Notes under the pieces: generated by a model | The model's database searches: none | What the model was told of the DNA's origin: nothing | The model's input: only the letters and a program-made list of their open reading frames with translations | In this document: one piece after another, positions 1-14,397 of the stretch | How positions within the stretch are numbered: position 1 is the stretch's first letter | Layout: each line of letters opens with the position of its first letter | DNA from: Eledone cirrhosa | Taxonomy: Eukaryota | Assembly: GCA_964016885.1 (NCBI GenBank) | Contig: OZ024743.1 | Span: forward strand, 217,806,001 to 217,870,000 | Length of the DNA stretch: 64,000 nucleotides | Reading direction: 5' to 3' | Position numbers and translations under genes: made by a program

Positions 1-429
1 TTTCTGTGTATCTGAATAAGACTATATAAATATACCAATAAATGTGTATCATAGTTTCATATATGTTAAAGTGGATATCTACATGATTATATACATATAT
101 ATTTATTTTAGTATACTTCTGAAGTACTGTTTTGCTGTATAAAATATCTCACTTTCGTGCGTGATAGGAGCTTTTAAGCCAATGTGGTGCACTATCTATT
201 AAGTGGAATGGCCTGAATTCTGCAGTACTCCGGGATAATGGCATAATTTGCACAAACTTAAAACGTTGATTTCTAGAAGTGTATGCAAGACAACATGTTT
301 AATAGAGTAACATAGCCCATTCAAATTCAAGTTATAATCACAATGAAACAAATTAATGAGAAGTAACAAAATACTCACAAGTGTGACTATGTTGGTGTTG
401 CTGACGGGGTCTAACTAGCAATGGCTACA

Positions 430-1157
430 ATTTACGACTAGCTCTACTGAGCCATGATGACTTAAAGTTATGAAGCAAGGCAAAAATGACGGCAATGTTC
501 AATTGACTGGCGGGTTCGATTCTGAGGACTTTCAAGTCAAGAGACCCGGACACTATGTTGGTTCTCTGGAGGAGTTTTGTCCTCACCCGACTTGACTATT
601 GCTCTCAGTTCTGCTCACCCCACAGTATCAAACTAACTACAGAACTTGAAGTAATCCAACGAAACTACACCAAGAGGATTGCCTCTAAGAAAGAGATGAG
701 CTACTGGGAGAGGATGAAAAACTAAAACTTTACTCCATGGAGTGACGATGTGAGAGATACGTAGTGACATATGTATGGAAGATCCTGGAAGGGTTGGCAC
801 CAAACTTCGGCATTGAGGGCAGGAACAACCCACGAATAGGACGCTACTTTATCGTGCCAAATATCCCATCTGTTGCATCAAGAATAAGGGCCACATATTG
901 CAATAACATGGGATTCAAGGAATCCCAGATTTTTAATAACCCGCAAAAAAATCTGAGACATCTACATGTAGATGTTTTGAAGAGACATGTCGACATTTTA
1001 CTAACCAAGATCCTGGATGAACCTACAGCGCGAGGCGAAGCGCAAATAAGTTTGTTTTTTTGCATCAAAGGTTTACCAGGGAAGGCTGGCTGTAGAAATT
1101 GTAGCATCAATGGCGGTGCCCCAGCATCGCATCAGCATATAAGCTGGAACACGTAAT
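430..1157 (+). mobile_element. Decayed 3' fragment of a CR1-group LINE (C-terminal part of RT ORF)
   Basis: Manual translation near 519-623 gives ILRTFKSRDPDTMLVLWRSFVLTRLDYCSQFCSPH. ORF 764-1156 begins TYVWKILEGLAPNFG. Both are typical post-RT motifs of CR1-group LINEs. Frameshifted; ends at (TA)n. Confidence 0.8.
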
Positions 1158-1161
1158 AGAG

Positions 1162-1192
<31 letters not shown>

Positions 1193-1504
1193 TTATATTT
1201 AGAGATTACTGTGTACTAACCTGAGGACAACCAACCTCAGGTTTCATTCTACAGTGGTATCTTTCAATTGCATTGTTACGTAAGCCAAGCTCAATATGGC
1301 GTACATTCGTTTGGTAGCGAAATTAATTAAATGATAAATTCTCATTCGGCACATAGACATATAAATACACACACAACACAATTTTTGCATCAATTTTGTT
1401 TAATATTTTTCGAATATTTATATATGTAGCTAGACGTGTAAATATATTGCTGGTCTTTGGAAGCATAGGGAGTATTTGAAATGTGAAATTTAAACACCAT
1501 AGCA

Positions 1505-1675
1505 ATGGTTTCTGATTTAGGCACAACGCATTACTGGTACTTTATTTTATTGAACTGCATGGATGAATGACAAAGCTAACCTCGGCGGGATTTGAACGCA
1601 GATTGTAAAGTGCCGTAACTCTATACCGCTAAGCATATTGTCCGACGCTCTATCTATACTGTCAAACCAGCGCCC
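1505..1675 (-). mobile_element. tRNA-derived SINE, family 1 (diverged copy)
   Basis: Matches the copies at 63110-63304 and 37002-37200 (ttactggtactttatttt...aacctcggcgggatttgaac); box B on the minus strand. Confidence 0.8.
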
Positions 1676-2899
1676 ATAATAATAGTCAGTCACTATAAAT
1701 AATAGTTGAGAAAATCTGGTAAAGCACTAGTGCGAACGGCATACATTCTACAATATATAATAATATTAATATATTACTCAATGTTAAGTAACGTTTATCC
1801 TCAACAGTTCAACAACTTAACCGGTAACCGCATGTGGCTAATTATTGTTGTTACTAAATGAATTTATCTTCAATATTAGTATAGAACTTCCACATAGAAG
1901 GCTATAAAATATACGGTATGTGATCGGTAATGTCACCTGCATATTGATATTTTGGGAACCTTGTAAAGTTGGGTGTACTTTGTAACATTACGATGGAACG
2001 CTAGCGTTCTAGTAGTAACTTTTAAAATTGTAAGAATGCATGCAATATTAGCATGACCTGGTACGTGATGATTTTTCGCAAAATATTTATTGCCCCTCAA
2101 CATTTAAACATGGATTTTTACAGATCGTGAGGGGGAGAAAGGGAAGTGAGAGTAATGAAAGGAGAAAGATATAATGTAAAACGCGCAACTACATATCAGA
2201 AAGTGAAAATATGGTTAACATGTTTCATAGCGATAGAATAACAAAATTAACAATATCAAAGAAAACCCCCATATATGTTAACAGAAACCAAACGTAAATA
2301 ATGAACACTGTGAGAGAAATTAAATGGAAGCACAGTTAGGTTTATAGAAGATCAAAGACATAAACCCTCACAACAACCCTAATAAAAGGAGAGAGGGAGA
2401 GAGAGAGAGAGAGAGAGAGAGTAACAGTAAAATCACAGGCACCCAACGCTGCAGCTCAGAATGAAATTTACTGGCGAGGAAAACAAGTGCAAAGAGAAAT
2501 ATAGGCCCTGTTTGAAATGTGTTTGTTCTATACGAAAATAGTCTAAAGGATGTAAGGAATATGCGAAATCACGATAAATCAACACAACATACGAATTTCG
2601 ATTTCTCGTTTCGTTGTATTTTGCTTTTCCTTATCCCGTCACTGCACTTGCAAACATCTTGAATGTGTGCCTTGACCTTAACATTGTTTAATGAATCTGT
2701 AAGAAATCAATAGTATGAATGAGCAACTCTATTAAAATTACCTCCCGTGAAGCAGTTCAATACCTGAACCGAAGCGATGCAATTTCAGCATCAACCATAA
2801 ATATTGGAAGAAAAAATTAATAACATATAGTTATTCTCTGGCATATGGCAAGATAGATAGATATGTGATAGAAAACCACAAAGATGCACACACACACAA

Positions 2900-2960
<61 letters not shown>

Positions 2961-2974
2961 CTTCCAGCTATTGC

Positions 2975-3117
2975 AGGTAGTCATTTTCAGCTGAGTATTC
3001 TAGAGTAACGTGAAATGAAGTGTTTTGCTCAAGAATGCAACAGGCAATCCACTCCAGGAATCGAACCATGACACTATGATCGTATGTCCAACACATTTAC
3101 CACTAGAATACGCGTCT
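2975..3117 (-). mobile_element. tRNA-derived SINE, family 2 (5' part)
   Basis: Reverse complement resembles the head of 37258-37565 (gacgcgt..tagtggt..ggttcgattcc..cttgagcaaaacacttcatttcacgtt). Confidence 0.65.
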
Positions 3118-4846
3118 TAACTGCTAGCTTGTAGATCGATAAATTTTGTGATAATTTTGTAATCTTCTAAGAAACGTTTTGGTTGTTCAGTAAAATTTTT
3201 CAGTGACAATATTTTTTTTTTAATACTGACCCGTGTAGTCGGTGTTTATCTGACTTTTGCGTTGAGCCTTGTGTATGAAAGACGTCATTCAGTAGTTATA
3301 AAGATGGTGGTATCTATCTTGGGTAAAATATTTTCGTTCGGGAGATAATTGAACTCGTGTGTATAATCCAAGTATAATTGTTGATTGTACAGTAATGTTC
3401 TTGGGGCACCTAGTTTCAGCTTGGTGTATTCAACTGTTTAAATTTAGGCATATTTATCAATTATTCGAGGTAGTATATATGTTACACGAGAGGAATTGCC
3501 GACAACTGGCCATTTTATACCGTATACAAATCTATGCTGATCTTCGATATAACTTAACAGCATGTCTCCAGCAGTATCCTTTTACAATAGAATTAATTTA
3601 CTTATGGCAAGTAGAAATAATTGTCCATACTCTCCTCTCAATGTGGTTTCATTTGTAATGTGTGTCCAGAAACTTTGCTTTTGATATATTCTATTATTAT
3701 CTTATTATTTTGCTGCCCACGATGTTAACACGGATTTTAGACATGGTTGAAAAGATAGTGGAGACAAAATTAGTATTTTTCCGTTTACTCTCACCTAATC
3801 TCCACTCTATTCTTTTGCGATGAAAACAACATCAACTTTTTCCAACGCCTAAGGCTGGTTAACACAAATGTTATTCTGTCTGGCACCTTTAAAAGCTATA
3901 GTAGTTTCAGAATTCGTAAGATATTATTTGTGTTGAGATGTTTCAAATAATTTCTGGTTGTGTGCATTAAATATTACCTTTAAATGCACACTTTTTTCTG
4001 TCTTTTTTTTTTCCTATTTTTTTACTTTCCTCTATTTGATTCTTTCGTATTGACATCTGCATAGATGAAAGTTACATGTTATGAATTCAGATTTGTCTAC
4101 TGCAGTGTAACAAGTTCATTAAAAACACACACAAAAGTCTTTTCTATTATACCGTGACCGTGCCGCCTATAATAATGACCCACGCATCTCTCTGTATAAC
4201 ATATTGTGACACATTACCAGACATATTATCCTGGAAGAAGGAGTTTGAATCTGCTAAAGATTTCTGTTAGATTATACCATTTCTGAGTAGACAAACCACC
4301 ACAGAGACCTAAATCTTAGTAAAGCTGTCGCTAAGGAAACTATCGTCAGTGTAGTCATTATCACGGGGAGCCTGCTAGAGATCCTATAATTTGTTAGATT
4401 CAATTCTGTCTCGTTGATACTATTAGTCTAAGAGGTTTTACTAAACTTCCTTAATGAAGACCGCTTAATAACCATGATAGTCACGAAAATCTTACGGTTG
4501 AATTGTATCAATATATCATTATTACAAACCAGCATGAATATGACCAGAATTTTATATGACCATTTTATATATGGTGGTTTAAGTCAGTACAATTGATAAA
4601 GAAAATCGTTATTATGGTGCGAATATATAGATAAGCCTACAATACTGTAATTGAATAATATCATAATAGTGTAGCGATAAAACGTTGTAGTTTGGTAAAC
4701 TTCCAAGAGATAGTTTTAAATGAGGTCCAATAGAAAAAAAGCAATAAACGTTTTTCCTGGAGAAAACAGCGAGAATCGCGGTGACAAGTGTTTACTAGTG
4801 GATACTTTTAATTTTGGCACACGGCCACATTGTGTGTGTGTGTGTG

Positions 4847-4912
<66 letters not shown>

Positions 4913-5104
4913 TGTATTGTAGTCGGCTGAATCTATTCACATCAGTACTTCACTGACACTTGGTGTATTGATTTTAAGAAAATGAGAAGATAAAAGTGAC
5001 CCAAACGGAATTTGATCTCCCAACGTAAACAATACATTTTCTCCGGTGCCATACTGCTTTTGCTATCACATGAGCGAGGAATAATACTTTCTAACATAGA
5101 TAAA

Positions 5105-5907
5105 ATGTTAGTAATTTGGGGGAGAAGGGAATGTTTGTTTATCGATTTCAGTACGTGACTGGTACTTTCTTTTATCGATCCCAGAATGATGAATTGCCAA
5201 ATTGAACTCGGTGGATGTGAATTCAGAACATAAAAAGCCAGAACAAATTCAACGTGGTACTTTCCCGACGCTCTAAGAATTCTACCACAAAATACTAAAA
5301 GCATCATTTAACGGTTATCTTCTGCTTCTAACATACACCACAATATTTTCAAAATAATAGTTTCTTATATCGGCACAAGGCCAACAAGTTAGGGGGAGGG
5401 GAAAGTTGATTAAATCGACCCGAGTGTGTGACTGGTACTTTATTTTATCGACCCCGTAAGGAAAAGAGCAAAGTTTAACTCGACGGGATTTGAACTCAGA
5501 TCATAAAAGGCCGTAACTCTATGCTGCAAAGCATGGCGTCCGGCCCACTACCGATACTGCCAATCTCCTAAAACAACAACACTGATAATATCTTTATTCG
5601 TCACAAAAGGCCCAAGCATAAACCATAAAACGTCTCAGACAATCTAGGACGACGAAAGACTTTCTCAATTGATTCGAACACCTCAGGTTCCTTGAGGTAT
5701 TTTTGACTGGAAGTGATGTGTTCAATTTACAGTAACCAGGTCAACATCTATGCAGTTAACAATATTTGTTTCTACATTAAGCAAGAGGCCACCAATTTGA
5801 AGGGGAGGGTAAAGACGATTAAATCGACCCTAGTACTTACTGGTGCTTTATTTTATCGACCCCGTAAGGATAAAAGTCAAAGCTAACCTCGGCGGGATTT
5901 GAACTGG
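5105..5907 (-). mobile_element. Cluster of three family-1 SINE copies (about 5105-5290, 5355-5568, 5762-5907)
   Basis: Repeated actggtac..tttatcgaccccgtaagga..aaagt..ggatttgaac blocks in the same orientation. Confidence 0.8.
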
Positions 5908-8364
5908 GTTCTATGTAGCGACATTTTAAAAGTGTAAACACGCTACACTGTCACTATTTACTGATGTAACGAACAGTTTATTTAAATAACATCTCGATGA
6001 CCTGTAGCGAATTATTAATATCCACATAGACGCATTTAGAAATTATATGTTGTACACACAGAAATATCTGAGCAGGCTGGCTTCCGAAGGTTTTCAACCC
6101 ACATTTTTCATACACAATATTCACACATATCAAATGACCGTCTAAAATATCAGTCCAGTGACAACTAACACTAATTGAAGTGATACACCTAGTATTCTAT
6201 CCAAACGCCTGAAGAATCCCATCTCCAGTCTCATGACTGTTATTCACAACGTCAAGAAATTCAAAAGATGGAATGCAAATGGGCGTCATTTGTAAATCCT
6301 TCTCCCACTATGTCATCCATACTGGGTGACTTGTGTTCATTTATTAAGTGCATTTGATTCGAAGCTGGCCTTAGGCTGCGTTCATTTGTACACATGATAA
6401 ATACTAAAAATTGACAAACTGATATTAATGGCTTCAAATTTCATTTAACAAAAACAACCATGATTTCAATGCAGATACTTTTGCTGATAACTATCAAGCC
6501 CAATATATAGCATTGAGAACATACCAACTCCCCAGCCCCCCCCCCCCAAAAAAAAATCAAAACACGAGTTAATTTAGTACCAAAACTTCAGGAATCACAG
6601 TTTTCTCTTCTAACAATCGGAGCAGATCTATTATTGAAACCACCCGTCAGGAAATACATATCTTCTGAGAATCCAAAACATCGTATTAATATCAGATAAA
6701 CACGACTTTCAAGCAACTTATCAAAGAAATGATCTGTCACTGCTATTGTGTGCTACATGATAACATATAACAGAACATTTCTTATCATTGGCAACACTAA
6801 TTCTGTTTTCAAAAATTGACTATTTTAATCTCAACAACGACGAAAGATTAAAAAAACTTAAGAATTATTATACTCATACAATCGCTCAAATCTCCACTAA
6901 TAGTCCATCTTTTACGTTGTTTACAAATATGAGCCTATATGCTAAAGAAACATTTTCATATTTTAAACACATATTAACTTCTGTGACTCTTTCCGACTGA
7001 TGTTTCTAATCTATTTCCAGGAAATGTTTTAAGGTTTTTTTTTTCAAATCCCAATTAGTAATAACAAAACTAAACAGTATGGAGAAATGTATAGACCCCA
7101 AATATAGAATACACTATCACGATATACCCGTAAAATTTTGATAATATATTTTCACATGCCAAATTCTCAGATTGTTATTTTCAAAACCTCGAAGAATATA
7201 TTTTTAGCATTCTTTACACCTGTATTGTGGTTCTATGGAATTGCATATGACGCGGGGAACTGGAAAGAAATTGAGAAATTTATTTACTCTTCGTCAACAT
7301 AATATTGAACCTCTACTGTTGTGTCTTCTGCTCAGAGGTCTAACTGTATGCCCACAACGTTTACATGACCACAACAACATCAGTACGAATAACGGTGTTA
7401 AATCAAGCCATTTCTGAAAGAAAAATTATTTATTCTCTGATCTGTAAAACAATCGCGCCATCTATTTTGTTAATTTTCTCTCTATTGTCCTCTAATTATT
7501 CCCTTCACAATTCTCGCTCTCGGTTTCCCTTTTATTTACTCTATCCTAGCCTGTAACTTCCTCTTTAAGTCTCCTACTTCTACTCCTGACTATATTTTTT
7601 CACTTCTATTCTATTTTGTTATTTCTCCTTACAATAATTTTTGCATTCATCATTTTTGTTTTTGTTTTCTTCATTTCAGTTTATTTTCTTTGTCTATTTT
7701 ATTCACATCATTTATCTTTTTATTTATTTATTTCTGGAATAATTCTGGCAGATCCGAAGTTGGATACGTGACATGAGAATGAAAGTGAAGGATTTTGCAT
7801 TAAGTAGGCAATTAAACAAAGAACACATGAATTTTAGTTTGGATTTAAAAGGATTCAACTATCGGCTTACATGTTTTATTCTGTTATTCCATTTCATTTT
7901 CTACGTATTTTATATATCTCTTTTTTTTTTTTAAGGAAGTTGTCTCTTTCTCTTTTTCTTCAAATTTCAATATTTCCGAAGACTAGGGATGTAACATTGG
8001 CAGAAAAACGATGGCGGAATAATGTCGGACAACATATCTTACTGTATTTAATTTCTTCTTTCTGTCGAATTTGATTTCAAAACTGCCGATTTTACAACAC
8101 TCCTATATACAAATGATTACATGAATACTCATATACGAGCATACATACACAAGGATGGATGAATATGTATAAACATATATATTTTTTTTATATTATATAT
8201 ATATATGTGTATTTATATATATGTATATATATATATATATAGTAATAATTTTTTTATATTATATATATATGTGTGTATTTATATATATGTATATATATAT
8301 ATATAGTAATAATAATAAATTTGAAGACTAAGATCCAAAGAGGTTATTTTAATAAATTTATATA

Positions 8365-8398
<34 letters not shown>

Positions 8399-8614
8399 CA
8401 TATATATGTGTGTGTGTGTTCCTTTTCTACAGAAAAACCTTTTGTGTACACTAAAATAAAACAATATTTGCTGTAAATTCTGTTGCTGTGTGGGGGTGTC
8501 TGTGGTAAACACGAATTGAACAAGGCTTCCGATCAAATTCAGAAGGAAAAGTAACAGTAGACAGAACAATGATATGATTTTATACAAACTCACGCTTCTT
8601 TGCGCACACACACG

Positions 8615-8666
<52 letters not shown>

Positions 8667-8717
8667 TTAGAATTGGTGCTCTGAAATACCAATATATATA
8701 TATTAATGTATATATAG

Positions 8718-8940
8718 TGTATTTTGCAATACACTGTATGCTTAATTAAAAGCATTTCGAAGACCTTACGCTATTGTTTTAGAGTAGTGACAGTCTCACT
8801 TACTTTAAATTTTCAGATAAAAGCTTTATCTCCCCTGTTTGCTGAAAATTTAAAGTAAGTGAGACTGTCGCTACTCTAAAACAATAGCGTAAGGTCTTCG
8901 AAATGCTTTTAATTAAGCATACAGTGTATTGCAAAATACA
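8718..8940. repeat. Long inverted repeat (arms about 99 bp, 25-bp spacer) embedded in (TA)n
   Basis: 8718-8816 is the near-perfect reverse complement of 8842-8940. Confidence 0.95.
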
Positions 8941-8951
8941 ATATATATACA

Positions 8952-8989
<38 letters not shown>

Positions 8990-9302
8990 TATATATATAT
9001 GGGGACAGAATAGGAAGAGAGAAACGTGCATTTGTATAAGTCCATATCTTTTTCAAGGTGGGTGAGTAACAACAACCCGTGTTTTCTCACCTAACTAAAT
9101 GTTTGCCATTTTCAATGCTCCATGTTTCTTCAATCTCCCAAGCATTCTATTTTCACTCTGTTATTCTATGTTATGAAATACAACTAACATCTGATATGTA
9201 AAGACATTTTTCCAGCTATATCAACCGTTAAAATAATATATCACCACTTTATGGTTCCCATGCGTGTAAACGTAGAAACATCTATGTATATGTATACATA
9301 AA

Positions 9303-9346
<44 letters not shown>

Positions 9347-9375
9347 GGAGGCGTGTATGTATATATAAATATATT

Positions 9376-9570
9376 ATGTCAGGTCGCTCTTCAGCGGAAC
9401 TGATAACATATAACCCAGTACAACCTGTGAATAATTGTGTCGTCGGCGATTGAACCAGTAACCACACCTAGCTTGCTTGGAGAGGAGGGTGAATTTGGAC
9501 AGCCTGTGGGGTGAGAAACAAAACCCGTCAAAAGGGCGAAGGAATTCAGGAGCATCAACGGCCATGCAAT
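9376..9570 (+). repeat. About 190-bp interspersed repeat, copy 1
   Basis: Homologous to the reverse complement of 62777-62968 (aacccagtacaa, gtcgtcggcga, agcttgcttg.agaggagggtga, tcaacggccat); a 3' fragment lies at 26167-26208. Confidence 0.85.
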
Positions 9571-10272
9571 AAAGTTTTTTTGTGTGTGTGTGTGTGGATC
9601 GAGAGACTCCTAGTTTTCATTAAGGGATCTCTCTAGGAGAAGATCATTTTTATATAAAACCTGCAACTTCAGCGGCATCCAATGTGAATGACCCCGTGCA
9701 ATGCCTTAACCTAATTTAAAAAGCTTCAAGTACAGGCATCGCTCGGTTTGTGACATGTTTTGCAATGCAGGGTATGCTGTCCATAGGCAATTCCTTAGCA
9801 GGACTATAACTAAAGTCCGTGATGCCCATGCTTAAGTATCAAGTGATAGTATTACTCGCGAGTTGCAACCATCATAAATATATTTGTATATAAAATGTTT
9901 ATCATATTGCATGAAACAACTGTTTTGTTTAATAGAATGTAATATCACATTCTATGACACTCCTTCACGCAATTATATGGCTTAAATCCTTCGTCTTACC
10001 TTTGTCTCCCTTATAATCACTACGCCACACAGTCTTTACAGATTCAACTTCATCAAACCTATATTAATTTGAATATTTCCAGTTTCCTAAATTGTTCCCT
10101 ACTGCATCTAAACGCTGAAACTACGCGTTTATCAAATTTACTATTTTTGTTGTATGTGGGCTTCGAAACAATGACGTATGTATACGGCGTGCTGCATGCT
10201 ATCATCAAATTTGAAATGAAAATTGCAAGCGTAGAAAAATCACTTGGAAATCGTAGGATTTAAAATAAAAAA

Positions 10273-10489
10273 TACGACGGTCGGCTGTAAAGTTCATAGA
10301 CAAACTCGGAACGCGTGATACTAGAGCCGTAAAAACCTTGCATGCATTGATTTCAACTCTTTTTATTAATAACTGCATTGTTTTTTTCCAGGACTATGTT
10401 GACAAATATACCTCATTTGATCATTCCATGAGGTTATCTTGGTCAACCAGCATTTTTCAGCCTATGAACTTTTTCAGCCTATCCTCGAA
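10273..10489. mobile_element. Tc1/mariner-type MITE (about 200 bp)
   Basis: Degenerate TIRs tacga..ggctgtaaagttcatag / cctatgaactttttcagcc..ctcg; an inverted homologue lies at 29030-29224. Confidence 0.7.
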
Positions 10490-11064
10490 GGCTAGGATGT
10501 ATTCAGTGGATAAAATTCATTTAGAGTATGTTGCTGCTTCCTTAACGCTTCGAGAGACTGAACAATCTAAATTAATTAACAGGTTTCCAGAACCTATTTA
10601 CTCAACGAATACGGATGTAACTTCGATGCTGTACTCTAAATTAATATTGAGATCTACTTACGTCTATTACTTTTATTTTACAAATGATACTTTCCTAACT
10701 TTTATGAAGAAGAGTGAATGGATAATGAAATAAATTGTCGTAATTTGGTGAAAGTTCATGTTTGGTAAATCTAATTCCCACCACGTCTTGTTTCAATTAT
10801 ATCCATTCGGCCATATAGTTATATCTCATTCTTAACATTTAGATAGGATAATTGAAACAGAATCTTCCTCATCCTCGTCGTTCCTATGTGTCTACCCTTT
10901 TACAGAAATGTAGGTAAATATTGCTTACTATTATTACCTATTTTTGTTTTTAAATTTATATATTTTTGAAAGCAGACTTTGAGTACTGAGTTGATATAAT
11001 AGAGTGTGTTCATTCTCAAGGTATATGACTTTAAGCAAAGCTAGAATTGATAATCATTATGATG

Positions 11065-11360
11065 GGTGAGGATTGGGAGAATCATTTTGGTGTCAGACAA
11101 AATGCCTTGTGATATTTATTCCGGCTCTTCACGTTCCGAGCTGAAATTTCGCTGAGGTTAACTTCGCCTTTAGAAGGTCTGAAAATCCGTCTCGAACCCA
11201 CGACATTATGATCGTAAGTCCAATCCACTTACCACTAAGCCACGCGCCTCCACACTTCCCTCATTCTGAGTTCGATAAAATAAACTATCAGTCAAGTACT
11301 GAGTTGATTTAAACTTAGTAGTTCACGTTGTGGCCTTCTACCTATGTTAGAAACAATTAT
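11065..11360 (+). mobile_element. Old family-1 SINE interrupted (about 11172-11255) by an opposite-strand family-2 SINE head
   Basis: gaggttaacttcgccttt and gttcgataaaataaa...ggcctt..ttagaaacaattat flank the segment ctcgaacccacgac...accactaagccacgcgcctcca. Confidence 0.6.
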
Positions 11361-12621
11361 CTCTGTTACCGGAATTATTAAAGTAGCAGAATAGGCCTAA
11401 TTATATATCGTAGAGCATTTAGTTACGTTGCTCTCTTTTGTGTTCAAATGCCACAGACCTTGTCTTTGCCTTTCGCCCTTCATAGTTTCATTGTATAATC
11501 ATCATTCAAATACTACAGTCGACTAAATCGACAACACTTATTCCAAGAAAAATGTTATCATTTTCTTACATTTGAAATCATTTTGCGTTTCCGAAACCAT
11601 TTCTGGTTTTTCATCCGCTGAATGCCACATAAAAGTGATAGGAATTTCAACAATAAGAGTCACAATGTCCCAGTAAAAAAGAAAGAAGAGAAATTCTTCT
11701 TTTCTCAAGTTTCTTAATTTCGATAACCTGAGACAGGCTTGAATGCGTTTGGTTTATATTTCGATTGACATAACAATAGCAAACTCGTGCTACATAATGC
11801 AGTATTAAATTGTAAATAGGGAGGTATTTCGTTTAACAATCTCAAAATACATTTTCACAATTAGATTCATATTTCGATATTCATATTTCAAAGGCAATGT
11901 CTCAGGGGATAAACACTTACCCTAAATATGGGAATATTAGTAATTTCATAGGAAATTATCACATAAAATGAATATCTATCGTTTATAGTGAATGATCCAG
12001 ATTCAATTTCGTAAACTTTTTTTATTGAGCAGCAATGAAAAAATCAATAAACAAGCAAAGAGACTTTTTTTTTCAATTGAAAATTTTTATTCTTTTTGCA
12101 TGAACGACTTTTCTCATCTTCACACCGATTTTGTGGCTGATGCAGGCAAGAAAGTTATTGTTAAGCTCCTTTAAATTTTAGTCTCAATATTCTATTGTTT
12201 TTAGTTACGCATAACAAAGATGAAATTTTAATTCCACCACGGTTGAAAAGTGTCACGCTATAAATATTTCAAATTAACGAAAATTATTTGAGGACTTAAA
12301 GAAATTGTTATAAATATCTGTTTGATAAAAGAAGCCTGCCCAGAGTTACGAAGACGGGAAACATTCTAACTACAGATTCTGATTTCCCATCACATTACAA
12401 GCTGTTGTCCTCTCTATGTTGTGGTTTCACTTTATTTTAATATTAAAATATGTATTTTCCAGTGTAGCTTGAGTGCACAATCTTACATATGCATCGGAAT
12501 ACATTATTACCCCCACTACTTTCATCATGCATCGAGCAATCTATTACTGTAACATAACAATATACATACATATCTATCTATATATTTATCTATCAATATC
12601 TCTCTCTCTCTCTCTCTATGT

Positions 12622-12652
<31 letters not shown>

Positions 12653-13260
12653 TCCAGTCGAAGCTGAGGTTTCTCTGAGTCTCAACTCGTTTCGCGTATC
12701 CGCTTTTTACCGAGCTTATATTGACAATGTAATCGACTACCCACCCCCCAACAGTGAACCATTGCGCATATGTTACATACACAATATTATATATAAGGAG
12801 AACTTTCCTACAATTTCATATCGATCTAATTATTTCCTCTGTTCCTTCACTTCACGTATCAATCCACTCAATCATTGTCATATTGTCGCTTTATTTATAT
12901 TCCTTCGGTACCTAAAGTATTCGTTTCGTTGGGTTCATATATATTTGTTTTGGACGATTGTTTCGTTTCGTTTTATTATACATTGTTTTTGATTTTGGCA
13001 TAAATGGATAGTTAGGAGAATTCAAGATTGATATATGGGTAATGGTTAGTTGTGATAGGGGAGTGAGAAGATAGGATATTTCAGTTCATTATTGAACAAC
13101 GTTACCTGCTTCAGAGAACACCAAGCATTCGATTACTTGTTCAGAAATGCGTTGGAAATAGTTAACAAACGACCACATATCTCACATACACGATTAACAA
13201 ACGACCACACAAACATATATATATATACGTACATACATTGCTACAAGTATAAATGAATTG

Positions 13261-13400
<140 letters not shown>

Positions 13401-13495
13401 CAACATATATATATATAAATAGATTAATACATGCAGTCATACAAACATACAAAGTTTAACTGAAACACAACGTGAGTAAAGAAATAATTACAACC

Positions 13496-13526
<31 letters not shown>

Positions 13527-13984
13527 AACACACATACATATATATATATATATATGCCACTTGAAAGAACAATCTAAAATTAAGAACAAAACTACATTTA
13601 GGAGATCAAGCATTTAAACTGACAAACATATACTCATATCTTTACACGTGTGTACATATTATGTTTTACCTGATATATTCCATCTCCACGCCGACTCATA
13701 TATACAATTGCACAAGCAAAATAGATACCTACACAAACAGACAACCGTACACATATACACATATTGACAAATACATACACAAATGCTGGCGGGAAAATTA
13801 TGCCCATGTATTAATATGTTATTATCTCCAACTACCATACTGTAGTCTATATAAATTAATAAGGTTTTCTTGAGAATTATAATGATTTCTGTTCAGCTTG
13901 TCGCCAATTAAAGGCAACTGAAGTCACATGCATGCATGTATGTTCGGACAAATTTATAATTGTACAAATCTCGCCCACCCCAAT

Positions 13985-14100
<116 letters not shown>

Positions 14101-14166
14101 GTCTGAACAGACACCTTTGCACACACGCACACAATCTAAAATACTCCACACTCATATTAATACATA

Positions 14167-14197
<31 letters not shown>

Positions 14198-14237
14198 CAT
14201 ATATATTATATATATATGTATACATATATATATATGT

Positions 14238-14286
<49 letters not shown>

Positions 14287-14362
14287 CATATATATTATGT
14301 ATAAATGTGAGTGTGGGGCATATGAATATACGTGTATTTATGTGTATGTATATATGTATGTG

Positions 14363-14397
<35 letters not shown>

